Shown one piece after another: positions 7,377 to 16,091 of a DNA stretch of 32,000 nt. Position numbers and translations under genes: made by a program. The notes under the pieces were generated by a model. The model worked only from the letters and a program-made list of their open reading frames with translations, had not been told where the DNA came from and ran no database searches. The stretch's first letter is position 1; each line of letters starts with the position of its first letter. Source of the DNA: Kiritimatiella glycovorans (GTDB lineage Bacteria > Verrucomicrobiota > Kiritimatiellia > Kiritimatiellales > Kiritimatiellaceae); NCBI RefSeq assembly GCF_001017655.1, contig NZ_CP010904.1, forward strand, positions 450,001 to 482,000. The letters are read 5' to 3'.

Positions 7377-9686
7377 TCAGCGATTGGGATGGGTTCGGAC
7401 CTGGTAATAGATCTGCGGGCGAGTCCGAAAATCTTCGGGAAGGACAAAATAATTCGGGGTTTTCTGGTGATAGGCCTCCAGTTCGTACCAGACCGGTGAA
7501 ACAATATTGGTTGTATAGAGAAGCGAGAACCAGTGGGCTTCGCAGGAGGGGTCGTCGATTTCGGGGAAATAGATCCGCCAATCGTCCGCGCGTTCGATTT
7601 TCGTGATACGAAGCCTGTCAGAAGAATCCTGAGGGTCGGTGCCCGCATAAGCCTCGCCTCGATTGTTGACTCCGTCCCGGTCGGCGTCCTCAGCCGCGTC
7701 GTCGCGCGTTAACTCGAGGCCGTGCAGGTATTCCCATTCATCGCCCATTCCGTCCCCGTCGGAATCCGCCCATATCTTCAGGTATTCGTAAGCCCCGATG
7801 TCTTGCGCCGCCGTGCCGTTGTTATCCCCGTCCAGCGGTCGCGGGTATCCCCGGTAATCCACCGTCACCACCGACCCGGTTGCGGCGTCGATACAGGGAG
7901 AGGCGCTGTCGAGCCCGTAGTATGTAAAGGCCAGAAAAAGTCGCGGATCCTCCTCGAGGTTGTTCGTCCCGTTGGTGGGCGCCGTGCAGCAGTACTCAAG
8001 CGTGGACAAGGCATGATTGGTTGAATTCCCGACGTAGGTAAGCCGGTTGCCCCAGAGGATCGAGTTGGTTGCTGTGCAGTCGTAGAGGCCGCCGCCCCCG
8101 TGGGTATGGGCCTTGTTTTCCGTCACGGTACAGTGAAGCAATGTTCCGCTGTGTACGCCTCCGCCGGCATCCATGGCGTGGTTCCGGAAAATCTCGCAGT
8201 TGACCAGCGCCGTACCGTACGCCCCGCCGCCGAGCCCGCTTACCAGTGTCGTGCCGTATCCGCGTTCCGCCATGTTGTCGTGGATACGGCAGCGTTCGGC
8301 CGTGCCTTCGTACAGCCCCCCGCCGTTACCCGCCGTGGCCGCCGTGTTGGACGCGACATCACATTGCACTAGCCGCGACTGATACGCGCCGCCGCCCCGG
8401 CCATAATAGTCACGATCCGCTCTGTAGCCCGTTCCGGCCACGTTCTGAATGATCGTACAGCCCGCCAGATCGCCTCCGCTGCAGCCCCCGCCCCAGTGCG
8501 CGCGGTTGCCGACGACGAGACAGTCGTAGAGGTCAGAGGAGAGCGCCCCGCCGCCCCGGGTGTGTTCCGCGGCATTGGTGGCGTAGTTCGCCCGCAGCGT
8601 ACAGTTGCTGAGCGTGGAATCATAACTGCCGCCGCCGCGGTACCAGGCCATATTGGTTTGAATGATACTGTCAAAGACGGTGCACTGGCTCACCCCGCCC
8701 CCCAGGCCGTTGTAGACCCCGGTAGAGGGATTGTCTCCCACTTCATTCGCGCCGATCACGGTTTCATGAATTTCGCATTGGTAGGCGCCGCCACCTTTTC
8801 CCCAGCCGTAATTCTCCGTAATCGTACCGCCGTAGATCATGCAGTTCGCCGCCCCGCCGCCCCGGCTGGCGGTATTGCCGTTGACGCTGCAGTCCTGCAG
8901 CATGCTCTCCCGCGCGCCGCCGCCGGCATACTCGGCGTCGTTGGCCGTGAAGGTGCACTGGATATTCGTCCCCCCCCACGCACCCCCCCCGCCATAATCA
9001 AAACCATATTGAGTCTGGTCATTGTGGGCCAGAATCGTATTGGTCGCATAGGATCGACCCACTCCGCCGCCGTGGTAAAAGGCTGTATTGCTGGTTACGA
9101 CACAGCTGATCAGACGACATTCGTCGGCGCCTCCTCCGTGTGCCGAGGAGCATCGGCGGATCTCACATTCGGTTGCGGTCACTCCAAAAAGCCCGCCACC
9201 TATGAACGCGTGGCAGTCTTCGACGATGCAGTCGATTACCTCCGCTGCAGAATCGCCCCGCACCCCGCCACCTTCGGCCCCGCTGGCCATTCCGTCGGTC
9301 AGGGTAAACCCCTGCAGTACGGCGTTACTGCAGATGTCAGCACACCGTACCGAGCCGGCTCCCGCGATAAACGTGTTCGCGGGGCCCTCCTCCGAGCGGA
9401 CGACCACCGGATGGTCCAGAAGCACACGAGTCATTTCGCCGTCGCCGGCCGCTCGGGATCCGGCGTCATAGGTCCCGGCCGCCACGCGGATCGTGTTGTG
9501 GTCGTCGGCCTCATCGATGGCCTGCTGGATTTCGTGGGCGGCGGTATCCCACGTCTCGTAGGGCGGGGTGGGTGTGGGGCTGTCGATATCGACATACAGG
9601 GTGCGGGCCGCGGCGGAAAACATGGCCGATAAGATCAGGACCCCGCAGAAAGCCCGGGTGTAAAGACGAGTGGGCCGATGCATCAT
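7377..9686 (-). CDS. Secreted right-handed beta-helix repeat protein (Pmp-like / choice-of-anchor-Q-like) with Ca-binding TSP3-like repeats and a C-terminal beta-rich module
   Basis: The signal peptide is MMHRPTRLYTRAFCGVLILSAMFSAAA, and an AGGAGG RBS is present. About 17 repeats of ~22-25 aa are centred on GGG[AGV] (HGGGADEC, AGGGARES, RGGGAANC, KGGGAYQC, RGGGAYQS and others). The C-terminal region reads DSDGDGMGDEWEYLHGL...DADRDGVNNRGEAYAGTDPQD. Confidence 0.75.
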   Translation of the reverse strand: MMHRPTRLYTRAFCGVLILSAMFSAAARTLYVDIDSPTPTPPYETWDTAAHEIQQAIDEADDHNTIRVAAGTYDAGSRAAGDGEMTRVLLDHPVVVRSEEGPANTFIAGAGSVRCADICSNAVLQGFTLTDGMASGAEGGGVRGDSAAEVIDCIVEDCHAFIGGGLFGVTATECEIRRCSSAHGGGADECRLISCVVTSNTAFYHGGGVGRSYATNTILAHNDQTQYGFDYGGGGAWGGTNIQCTFTANDAEYAGGGARESMLQDCSVNGNTASRGGGAANCMIYGGTITENYGWGKGGGAYQCEIHETVIGANEVGDNPSTGVYNGLGGGVSQCTVFDSIIQTNMAWYRGGGSYDSTLSNCTLRANYATNAAEHTRGGGALSSDLYDCLVVGNRAHWGGGCSGGDLAGCTIIQNVAGTGYRADRDYYGRGGGAYQSRLVQCDVASNTAATAGNGGGLYEGTAERCRIHDNMAERGYGTTLVSGLGGGAYGTALVNCEIFRNHAMDAGGGVHSGTLLHCTVTENKAHTHGGGGLYDCTATNSILWGNRLTYVGNSTNHALSTLEYCCTAPTNGTNNLEEDPRLFLAFTYYGLDSASPCIDAATGSVVTVDYRGYPRPLDGDNNGTAAQDIGAYEYLKIWADSDGDGMGDEWEYLHGLELTRDDAAEDADRDGVNNRGEAYAGTDPQDSSDRLRITKIERADDWRIYFPEIDDPSCEAHWFSLLYTTNIVSPVWYELEAYHQKTPNYFVLPEDFRTRPQIYYQVRTHPNR

Positions 9687-9814
9687 GACCTCCTGTCAGG
9701 CTGAAACAACCGAGGGGGGCAGGTGCCACGCCGCGCAGCACTACACACAAACTCCACCCCTTGATGCCTGTACGCTATACCTGTTTATAACAGGAGTCAA
9801 TTGGCTTTCAGCGA

Positions 9815-9946
9815 TTCTCATTATGGCTTCACCCTTTTCGGTCGGGGTGGCACCCGACCCTCCCAGTGCCCGAAAATGCGTCGGATATCGACTCGGGAGG
9901 GACGGCTGCCACGCCGTCCGCGGTCGGAATGCGGCCATAATGAGAA
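9815..9946. repeat. Head-to-head REP pair (9840-9863 reverse, 9895-9920 forward) nested inside a 13-bp perfect inverted repeat
   Basis: The reverse REP is GGTCGGGGTGGCACCCGACCCTCC, with stem GGTCGGG/CCCGACC. The forward REP is GGGAGGGACGGCTGCCACGCCGTCCG. The flanking inverted repeat is TTCTCATTATGGC (9815-9827) and GCCATAATGAGAA (9934-9946). Confidence 0.8.
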
Positions 9947-10040
9947 CTGCTGATTGGCTGTTTGCTGTTTGAGATTGTTCCGCAATCCGTCATACTGAGC
10001 GTCCGCGTTCAAAACCCCCGCGAAAGGAGCGAGTGAAGTC

Positions 10041-10457
10041 ATGAAAAGTTATCGCAAGGAACTCTGGTTTCAGACCGGCCACCGTCGTGAGTACGTCAAC
10101 ATCACCCCGCAGGTGCGTGAGTGTCTGCGCGAGAGCGGAGTCAAGGAGGGGCTGTGTCTCGTCAATGCCATGCATATCACCGCGAGTGTGTTCATCAACG
10201 ACGACGAGGGCGGCCTGCACCGCGATTTCGAGCGCTGGCTGGAGAAACTCGCGCCCGAGAAGCCGCACAGCCAGTACGACCATAACGGGTTCGAGGACAA
10301 CGCCGACGCGCACATGAAGCGTCAGGTGATGGGCCGCGAGGTCGTCGTGGCGGTCACGGAGGGCGACTTCGACTTCGGGCCCTGGGAACAGATCTTTTAC
10401 GGCGAGTATGACGGCAAGCGCCGCAAGCGCGTCCTGGTCAAAATCATCGGGGAATGA
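10041..10457 (+). CDS. yjbQ: YjbQ/UPF0047 family protein (secondary thiamine-phosphate synthase-like)
   Basis: The protein is 138 aa. It shows the typical family pattern: VNITPQVRE...[20 protein letters not shown]...[52 protein letters not shown]. An AAGGAG RBS is present. Confidence 0.85.
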   Translation: MKSYRKELWFQTGHRREYVNITPQVRECLRESGVKEGLCLVNAMHITASVFINDDEGGLHRDFERWLEKLAPEKPHSQYDHNGFEDNADAHMKRQVMGREVVVAVTEGDFDFGPWEQIFYGEYDGKRRKRVLVKIIGE

Positions 10458-10494
10458 TCGAAATGAACCGCGTCTTTTCCCCGGAAATGAGCTG

Positions 10495-12723
10495 ATGAGT
10501 GAATCCACGAGCGCCCGGTACGCCCGGGTCGTTACCGATCTCGCGCTGGATCGCGAATTCGACTACCGCATTCCGCCGGAATTGAAGGAGCGCGTGCGGG
10601 AGGGTTCGCTGGTTCGCGTTCCGTTCGGGCCGCGCGAGCTGCGGGGCTGGGTCACGGGACTGACCGACAGGGCAGAGGTCGATCCGGGCAAAATCAGGGA
10701 CCTCCTCGAGGTGGAGGGGGACCGTCCTTTTCTGCTGCCCGTGGTGCGGCGACTGGCGCGCTGGATGGCCCGCTACTACTGCGCCCCGATCGAGACCGCC
10801 TTCCGCACCGTGCTGCCCGGCGCCGTGCGCCGTGAGGGGGCCCGCCCCCGACAGCAGCTCACGGCTTCGATCGTCGAAAACGCCGCCGGGGAGGACGGCG
10901 AAACGATCACGGCCAAGCAGGAGCGGGTCCTGGACATCCTGCGCGAATCCGGGCCGCTGACCCTGACGGAGCTGACCCGGCGGGCGGGCACGTCCCAGGC
11001 GCCGGTGCGCAGTCTGGCGAAAAAGGGAAGGATCGAACTCAAGTACGCGGATCTGCGCCGCGACCCGCTGGCGCGGCGCCCGGTGCTGCGCGTCGATCCG
11101 CCGGAATTGATGCCGCAGCAGCGTGATGCGCTCGAGCGCATCCGGGAGGCCTCGGATTCCGGCCAGCCGCGCGTGCTGCTGCTTCACGGCGTGACCGGCT
11201 CCGGCAAGACCGAGGTCTACCTGCAGGCGATCCGCCATGTCATCGACCACGGCCGCAGCGCGATCGTGCTCGTGCCCGAGATCGCGCTGACGCCGCAGAC
11301 CGTAGACCGCTTCCGCTCGCGGTTCGGCGACCGGGTCGCGGTGCTGCACAGTCATCTCTCCGACGGCGAGCGGTTTGACGAGTGGGGGAGGATCCGCGAC
11401 GGCAAGGCCGATATCGTGGTGGGTGCCCGGTCGGCCGTCTTCGCTCCGCTTGAGAAGCCGGGCCTGATCGTGGTCGATGAGGAGCACGAATCGAGCTACA
11501 AGCAGGAAGAGGCGCCGCGCTATCATGCCCGCGATGTCGCCGTGGTGCGCGGCCGGATGGAATCGTGCCCTGTCGTACTCGGCTCGGCGACGCCCTCGCT
11601 TGAGTCGCTCAGCAACGTCCGCAAGGGGAAATACGAACTGCTCGGCATGCCTTCGCGGGTGGACGACCGCACCATGCCGAGAATCAGGGTGGTGGACATG
11701 CGTGTGGAGGCGGAGCGCGAGGGGAAACCGGTCGTGTTCTCGCGTCTGCTGATCGAGGAGATCCGCGCGCGGCTCGAGCGCGCCGAGCAGACCATCCTCT
11801 TCCTCAATCGGCGTGGATTCTCCTCTTCGCTGATCTGTCCCCAATGCGGGCACGTGGCCCAGTGCGACCGTTGCAGCGTATCGATGACCTACCACAAGAA
11901 GGACCGGCGTCTGAAATGCCATCTCTGCGGCGCGGAGGTTCGCGTGCCGGAACGGTGTCCGAACGCCGACTGCCGTTCGCCGGAGTTCAAGTATGCGGGC
12001 ATGGGCACCGAGCGGATCGAGGAGATTCTCGGCCGGCTGCTCAAGGGGGCGCGGATACGAAGGGTGGATTCCGACACCATGCGCGGGAAGGAATCCTACG
12101 ACGAGGTGCTCGGCGATTTCCGCACCGGCAAACTCGATCTGCTGGTCGGCACCCAGATGCTCGCCAAGGGGCTGGATTTTCCGAACGTGACGCTGGTCGG
12201 GGTGATCAATGCCGACATCTCGCTGCACATGCCGGATTTCCGCGCCGGGGAGCGGACCTTCCAGCTGCTCACGCAGGTCGCGGGGAGGGCCGGGCGGGGC
12301 GAGGTCGAGGGCGAGGTGGTCGTGCAGACGTTCACGCCCTACGAGACCTCGATTCAGGCCGCGCGCCGGATGGCGTGGGAGGAGTACTGCGACCAGGAAC
12401 TCGAATTCCGCAGGGAGCTGTCCTACCCCCCGCACAGTCACCTCGTCTGCATTCACTTCGAGGGACCCGGCGAGGCCACGGTCCACGAGGCCGCGGACCG
12501 TTTTGCGCAGGAACTCGTCCGGCGCCTCCCGGAAACGGTGATCCTCAGCGGCCCCGCTCCCGCGCCGCTGGCGCGCATCAAGGGCCAATACCGCTACCAC
12601 CTGCTGCTGCGCGCGGAAAAGACCGCGTCCATGACCCGTCCCCTCAAGGAGCTGATGTCCGATTACCGCTTCCCCCGGGGGATCAGTTGTCGCGTGGACG
12701 TCGACGCCCAGTCGCTCTTATAG
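10495..12723 (+). CDS. priA: Primosomal protein N' (replication restart helicase PriA)
   Basis: The N-terminal 3'-DNA-binding region reads ARVVTDLALDREFDYRIP. Walker A is GVTGSGKT and the DEEH box is VVDEEHESSYKQ. The Cys-rich zinc insert is CPQCGHVAQCDRCSVSMTYHKKDRRLKCHLCG...CPNADC. GTQMLAKGLDFPNVTLVG is also present. The longest ORF starts at 10408, inside yjbQ. ATG 10495 (MSESTSARYARVV) is the more likely start. Confidence 0.9.
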   Translation: MSESTSARYARVVTDLALDREFDYRIPPELKERVREGSLVRVPFGPRELRGWVTGLTDRAEVDPGKIRDLLEVEGDRPFLLPVVRRLARWMARYYCAPIETAFRTVLPGAVRREGARPRQQLTASIVENAAGEDGETITAKQERVLDILRESGPLTLTELTRRAGTSQAPVRSLAKKGRIELKYADLRRDPLARRPVLRVDPPELMPQQRDALERIREASDSGQPRVLLLHGVTGSGKTEVYLQAIRHVIDHGRSAIVLVPEIALTPQTVDRFRSRFGDRVAVLHSHLSDGERFDEWGRIRDGKADIVVGARSAVFAPLEKPGLIVVDEEHESSYKQEEAPRYHARDVAVVRGRMESCPVVLGSATPSLESLSNVRKGKYELLGMPSRVDDRTMPRIRVVDMRVEAEREGKPVVFSRLLIEEIRARLERAEQTILFLNRRGFSSSLICPQCGHVAQCDRCSVSMTYHKKDRRLKCHLCGAEVRVPERCPNADCRSPEFKYAGMGTERIEEILGRLLKGARIRRVDSDTMRGKESYDEVLGDFRTGKLDLLVGTQMLAKGLDFPNVTLVGVINADISLHMPDFRAGERTFQLLTQVAGRAGRGEVEGEVVVQTFTPYETSIQAARRMAWEEYCDQELEFRRELSYPPHSHLVCIHFEGPGEATVHEAADRFAQELVRRLPETVILSGPAPAPLARIKGQYRYHLLLRAEKTASMTRPLKELMSDYRFPRGISCRVDVDAQSLL

Positions 12724-12724
12724 A

Positions 12725-12752
12725 GGAAAGGCAACTTCTTCGTGGCCTTTCC
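12725..12752. terminator. Possible bidirectional stem-loop between convergent priA and xylA
   Basis: GGAAAGGC-N12-GCCTTTCC forms a perfect 8-bp stem. It begins 2 nt after the priA stop and ends 5 nt before the xylA stop. There is no clear U-tract on either side. Confidence 0.4.
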
Positions 12753-12756
12753 CGGC

Positions 12757-14070
12757 TTACACGTAATCGTTGAACCGGTGTTCGAGCATCTCCTGCCGTC
12801 CGGACTGGAGTTCGGGTTCGCCGTGTTCGAGGACATGCGCTTCGAGCTCCTCGAACCCGAGTTCGCCGTTTTCGATCCTGCGTCCGAATTCGCCGTCCCA
12901 TCCCGCGTAGCGCTGTTTCACGAAATCGGCGAACACGCCGTCCGCGATCATGTTCGCGGCCGCTTTGAGCGCGCGGGCGAAGGTGTCCATGCCCGCGACA
13001 TGACCGTAGAACAGGTCTTCGGGGTCGATCGACTGGCGCCGCACGTGGGCGTCGAAGTTCAGCCCGCCCGTGGTGAACCCGCCCGAGCGCAGGATCGTGT
13101 ACATCGCGCGCGTCGCGTCGTAAATACTGGTCGGGAACTGATCGGTGTCCCAGCCCAGCAGCAGGTCGCCGATATTGGCGTCGACGGAGCCCAGCATCCC
13201 GTTGGCCGCGGCGTACTCCAGCTCGTGCTGGAAGTCGTGCATCGCGAGTGTCGCGTGGTTGGCCTCGATGTTCAGCAGGAACTCCCGGTCGAGTCCGTTT
13301 TTCACCAGGAAGCCGTGGACGCTCTGCGCGTCGAAATCGTACTGGTGCTTGGTGGGTTCTTTCGGCTTGGGTTCGATGTAGAGCGGGCCCTTGAATCCGA
13401 GCTTCTTCTTGTAGTCGACGGCCATATGCAGAAACCGGGCGAGGTGGTCGGTCTCACGTTTGAGATCGGTATTGAGCAGCGTTTCGTATCCCTCGCGCCC
13501 GCCCCAGAACACGTAGCCTTCGCCGCCCAGCCGATGCGTGAGTTCCATCGCCTTCTTCACCTGCGCCCCGGCCCAGGCGAAGACCTCCGGCGAGGGATTG
13601 GTCGACGCGCCGGCCATGAAACGGCGGTTCGAGAACGCGTTCGTCGTGCCCCACAGAAGCTTCATGCCGCGGTCGTTCTGGAGTTGTTCGGCGAGGTCGA
13701 CGATCTCGTCCAGCCGGCGGTTGGTCTCCGCCAGATCGCCACCCGCTTCCGGCGCGATGTCGCGGTCGTGGAAACACCAGAACTCGACGCCGAGCTTGGT
13801 GAAGAACTCGAACGCCGCGTGCATCGTCTCGCGCGCCGCGTCCATCGGATCGTCGGGCTGGAGCCACTCGCGGATCATCGAACCCGGTCCGAAGGGGTCG
13901 GCGCCCAGCCCCTTGAAGGTGTGCCAGAAGCAGACCGCGAAGCGCAGATGTTCGCGCATCGGTTTGCCCATGACCTCTTCGTCGGGGTTGTAGTGGCGGA
14001 ACGCCATCGGGTTGCGGCTGTCGGGACCTTCGTACGCGATCCGGTCGACCTTCGGGAAGTACGTCTTCAT
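12757..14070 (-). CDS. xylA: Xylose isomerase (class II)
   Basis: The protein shows full-length family resemblance. Matching segments include FPKVDRIAYEGPDSRNPMAFRHYNP, FWCFHDRDIAPE, LWGTTNAFSNRRFMAGASTNP, VFWGGREGYETLLNTD, IEPKPKEPTKHQYDFD and NIEANHATLAMHDFQHEL. An AGGAG RBS is present. Confidence 0.95.
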   Translation of the reverse strand: MKTYFPKVDRIAYEGPDSRNPMAFRHYNPDEEVMGKPMREHLRFAVCFWHTFKGLGADPFGPGSMIREWLQPDDPMDAARETMHAAFEFFTKLGVEFWCFHDRDIAPEAGGDLAETNRRLDEIVDLAEQLQNDRGMKLLWGTTNAFSNRRFMAGASTNPSPEVFAWAGAQVKKAMELTHRLGGEGYVFWGGREGYETLLNTDLKRETDHLARFLHMAVDYKKKLGFKGPLYIEPKPKEPTKHQYDFDAQSVHGFLVKNGLDREFLLNIEANHATLAMHDFQHELEYAAANGMLGSVDANIGDLLLGWDTDQFPTSIYDATRAMYTILRSGGFTTGGLNFDAHVRRQSIDPEDLFYGHVAGMDTFARALKAAANMIADGVFADFVKQRYAGWDGEFGRRIENGELGFEELEAHVLEHGEPELQSGRQEMLEHRFNDYV

Positions 14071-14247
14071 TTCGAAATCTCCTTTCGGGTGAGCCGTCGA
14101 GTCTCTTAAGCGTTTTCCGCGGTGTCAAGCATTGCCGACGCTGCGCGCCCGTCTGTGTTTTTTCGTGACATGTTTACCCGGATACATTATTTCGCCTTGT
14201 TGAACGGATCAAAACGTGGGTTGAACGACAGGGCGGTGAGGTGACTG

Positions 14248-16020
14248 ATGCGCATGGTACGGAAGAGTCTCCTGGCGGTTTCGGGGGTGTGGATCGCGGG
14301 ATTGCTCGCGGGCTGTCTGACGGCGCAGGAGCCGGAAACGAGTTTGGGCGAGATGACTCGGTTCTACCGCGGGCAGGCCGTGCTCAGCGAGAACTGGTCG
14401 ATCGGCGGGCTTCAGGCCGGAGGCGAGATCTGTGTCGTCCCGGAGTATCTGACCGACCCGGATCTGGATTTTCCCTACATGAAAAAAGATTCCGCGCGCG
14501 AGCTGATGTTCACGGACCGCATCACCGCCGTGAGGTTTCTGGGCGGCATCGCCGACGATATTATCCCGCTGGAGAGCGAACACGGCGGTAAGCTGGACCT
14601 GGCGTACCGGGATGAAGACGGCGAGCTTCGTTATCGCTGGTCTTCGCTCGACCGCTTTGACCCTTTCGCCGAGCTCTTCGGCTCAAACATTACCGTAGTG
14701 CTCGACAATATTCCGTCGGCGTTCATCTCGAATCCCCACATCGACAATTACGGTCAAATCGTCCCGCCGGAGGATTACGACGAATGGTCGCGGTTCATTC
14801 GCGCCCTGTGTCGCGAACTGATTCGACGCTACGGCGAAGAGCATGTCTCGGAGTGGCGCTTCCGCATCTGCACCGAGGCACGCATTCATACCGACACTGA
14901 AGGATTCTGTCGCCATTACGATGAGACCGTGGCCGCGGTCCGCGCCGTACTGCCCGGCGCGAAATTCTCACCGTACAACGCGGCGGGGATTCATCAGCTC
15001 AGCGACCAGCATATCGATTTCTATGGAGTGCTGGAGCATTGCGCCGAAACGGGAGCGCCGTTCGATTTCGCGCCGGTTTCCTATTATTCCGTCGCCTTGA
15101 CCTCAAAAGAGGCTGAGCAGAGGGGGCCTCTGGTGGTGACCGATCCGTCCGATGACCGCATGTGTCGCTGGACGGTATCGCCGGCGCTGCGCACCGAAGA
15201 GGACTACTTCCCCTTCTGGGAGCGCATCGACCGTGAACTCGGCCGCCGCGTCCCGCGCGAGATCCAGGAACTCGGCATTCTCTTTAATGAGTACGGCGAC
15301 TTCACCGCCGAGCCCGGGGCGCGCGGCGCCGCCTGGCTTTTCCACCTCCTCTTCCACATGAAGGAGGTCAACGACATCCGCTACGCCTGGCACTGGCACG
15401 TCACCGACCCGATCATGGCGCCGGGCACGCCTCGCGAGGACTCTCCCCGGCTCCTGCGCGGCAACGGCTGGCTGTATTCCATTCTCGATCACACCGAGGG
15501 CGCGGATCTGTACCGCTTTGAGGTCGAGTCCAAGTCGCCCGACCGCGACCTGCTCCTTAAAGCCATCGGGTTCAAGGACGCGGACGACGGGCACAGTTAT
15601 CTGATTCTTTCGGCGTTCAATATCGACCGCACCCGTCCGTTCGAACAGACCGTGACGGTCACCCTGCCGCCCTGGTTCGTCCGGCCGGAACGAGTGAATG
15701 TGCGGCAGACCCGGCTCGACGACGCGACGGATGTTTACAGGGCGATGCGCCGCGACCTCGAACGCGAAGGTCTGCTCAACCCGAACATTGCGGCCGATCC
15801 GAACGCCCTCTACGCGGTGACCCCCGTGCGTCCCGAGAAGTCGCTGGCGACCGGCGAGGGGAAGCGCTATCTCGAAAAGAACTGGGAATCCTACGAGACG
15901 ATGATCCGCGACGCGTTGACCCTGAAACCGTTCGGGGGTGAACTGACCCCGTGTTCCGGCGGGACTGAACTCAAACTGCCGGTATCCACCCCGTCGGTCA
16001 CGGTGCTTCGGTTCGATTAG
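14248..16020 (+). CDS. Lipoprotein; GH39-like (clan GH-A type) TIM-barrel glycoside hydrolase, paralogue 1
   Basis: The lipobox is GLLAGC. The conserved block is VRFLGG...DLAYRDEDGELRYRWSSLDRFDP...ITVVLDNIPSAF...YGQIVPPEDYDEWSRFIRALCRELIRRYGEEHVSEWRFRICTEA. This aligns with the GH39 acid/base region (W-x-F-E-x-W-N-E-P). The candidate nucleophile strand is REIQELG. The family assignment is made by eye only. Confidence 0.65.
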   Translation: MRMVRKSLLAVSGVWIAGLLAGCLTAQEPETSLGEMTRFYRGQAVLSENWSIGGLQAGGEICVVPEYLTDPDLDFPYMKKDSARELMFTDRITAVRFLGGIADDIIPLESEHGGKLDLAYRDEDGELRYRWSSLDRFDPFAELFGSNITVVLDNIPSAFISNPHIDNYGQIVPPEDYDEWSRFIRALCRELIRRYGEEHVSEWRFRICTEARIHTDTEGFCRHYDETVAAVRAVLPGAKFSPYNAAGIHQLSDQHIDFYGVLEHCAETGAPFDFAPVSYYSVALTSKEAEQRGPLVVTDPSDDRMCRWTVSPALRTEEDYFPFWERIDRELGRRVPREIQELGILFNEYGDFTAEPGARGAAWLFHLLFHMKEVNDIRYAWHWHVTDPIMAPGTPREDSPRLLRGNGWLYSILDHTEGADLYRFEVESKSPDRDLLLKAIGFKDADDGHSYLILSAFNIDRTRPFEQTVTVTLPPWFVRPERVNVRQTRLDDATDVYRAMRRDLEREGLLNPNIAADPNALYAVTPVRPEKSLATGEGKRYLEKNWESYETMIRDALTLKPFGGELTPCSGGTELKLPVSTPSVTVLRFD

Positions 16021-16091
16021 GCGGTAAACCGGCCCATCCCGGCTGACCCGATAGAAAGCGCCGTGCGGCGCGGAAACCAGAGGAGGAACCG

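Noticed and set aside
10444-12600. 718-aa minus-strand ORF antisense to priA. Similar long antisense ORFs occur opposite other genes, for example 22232-24886 minus (884 aa), 12742-14109 plus, 16098-17648 minus, 27646-29037 minus, 5342-6559 plus, 8496-9632 plus, 20676-21689 minus and 30348-31982 minus.
   Set aside because: These are typical shadow ORFs of high-GC coding DNA. They have Arg/Gly/Pro/His/Val-rich low-complexity translations and no recognisable motifs. Each lies exactly opposite a gene with strong family signatures.
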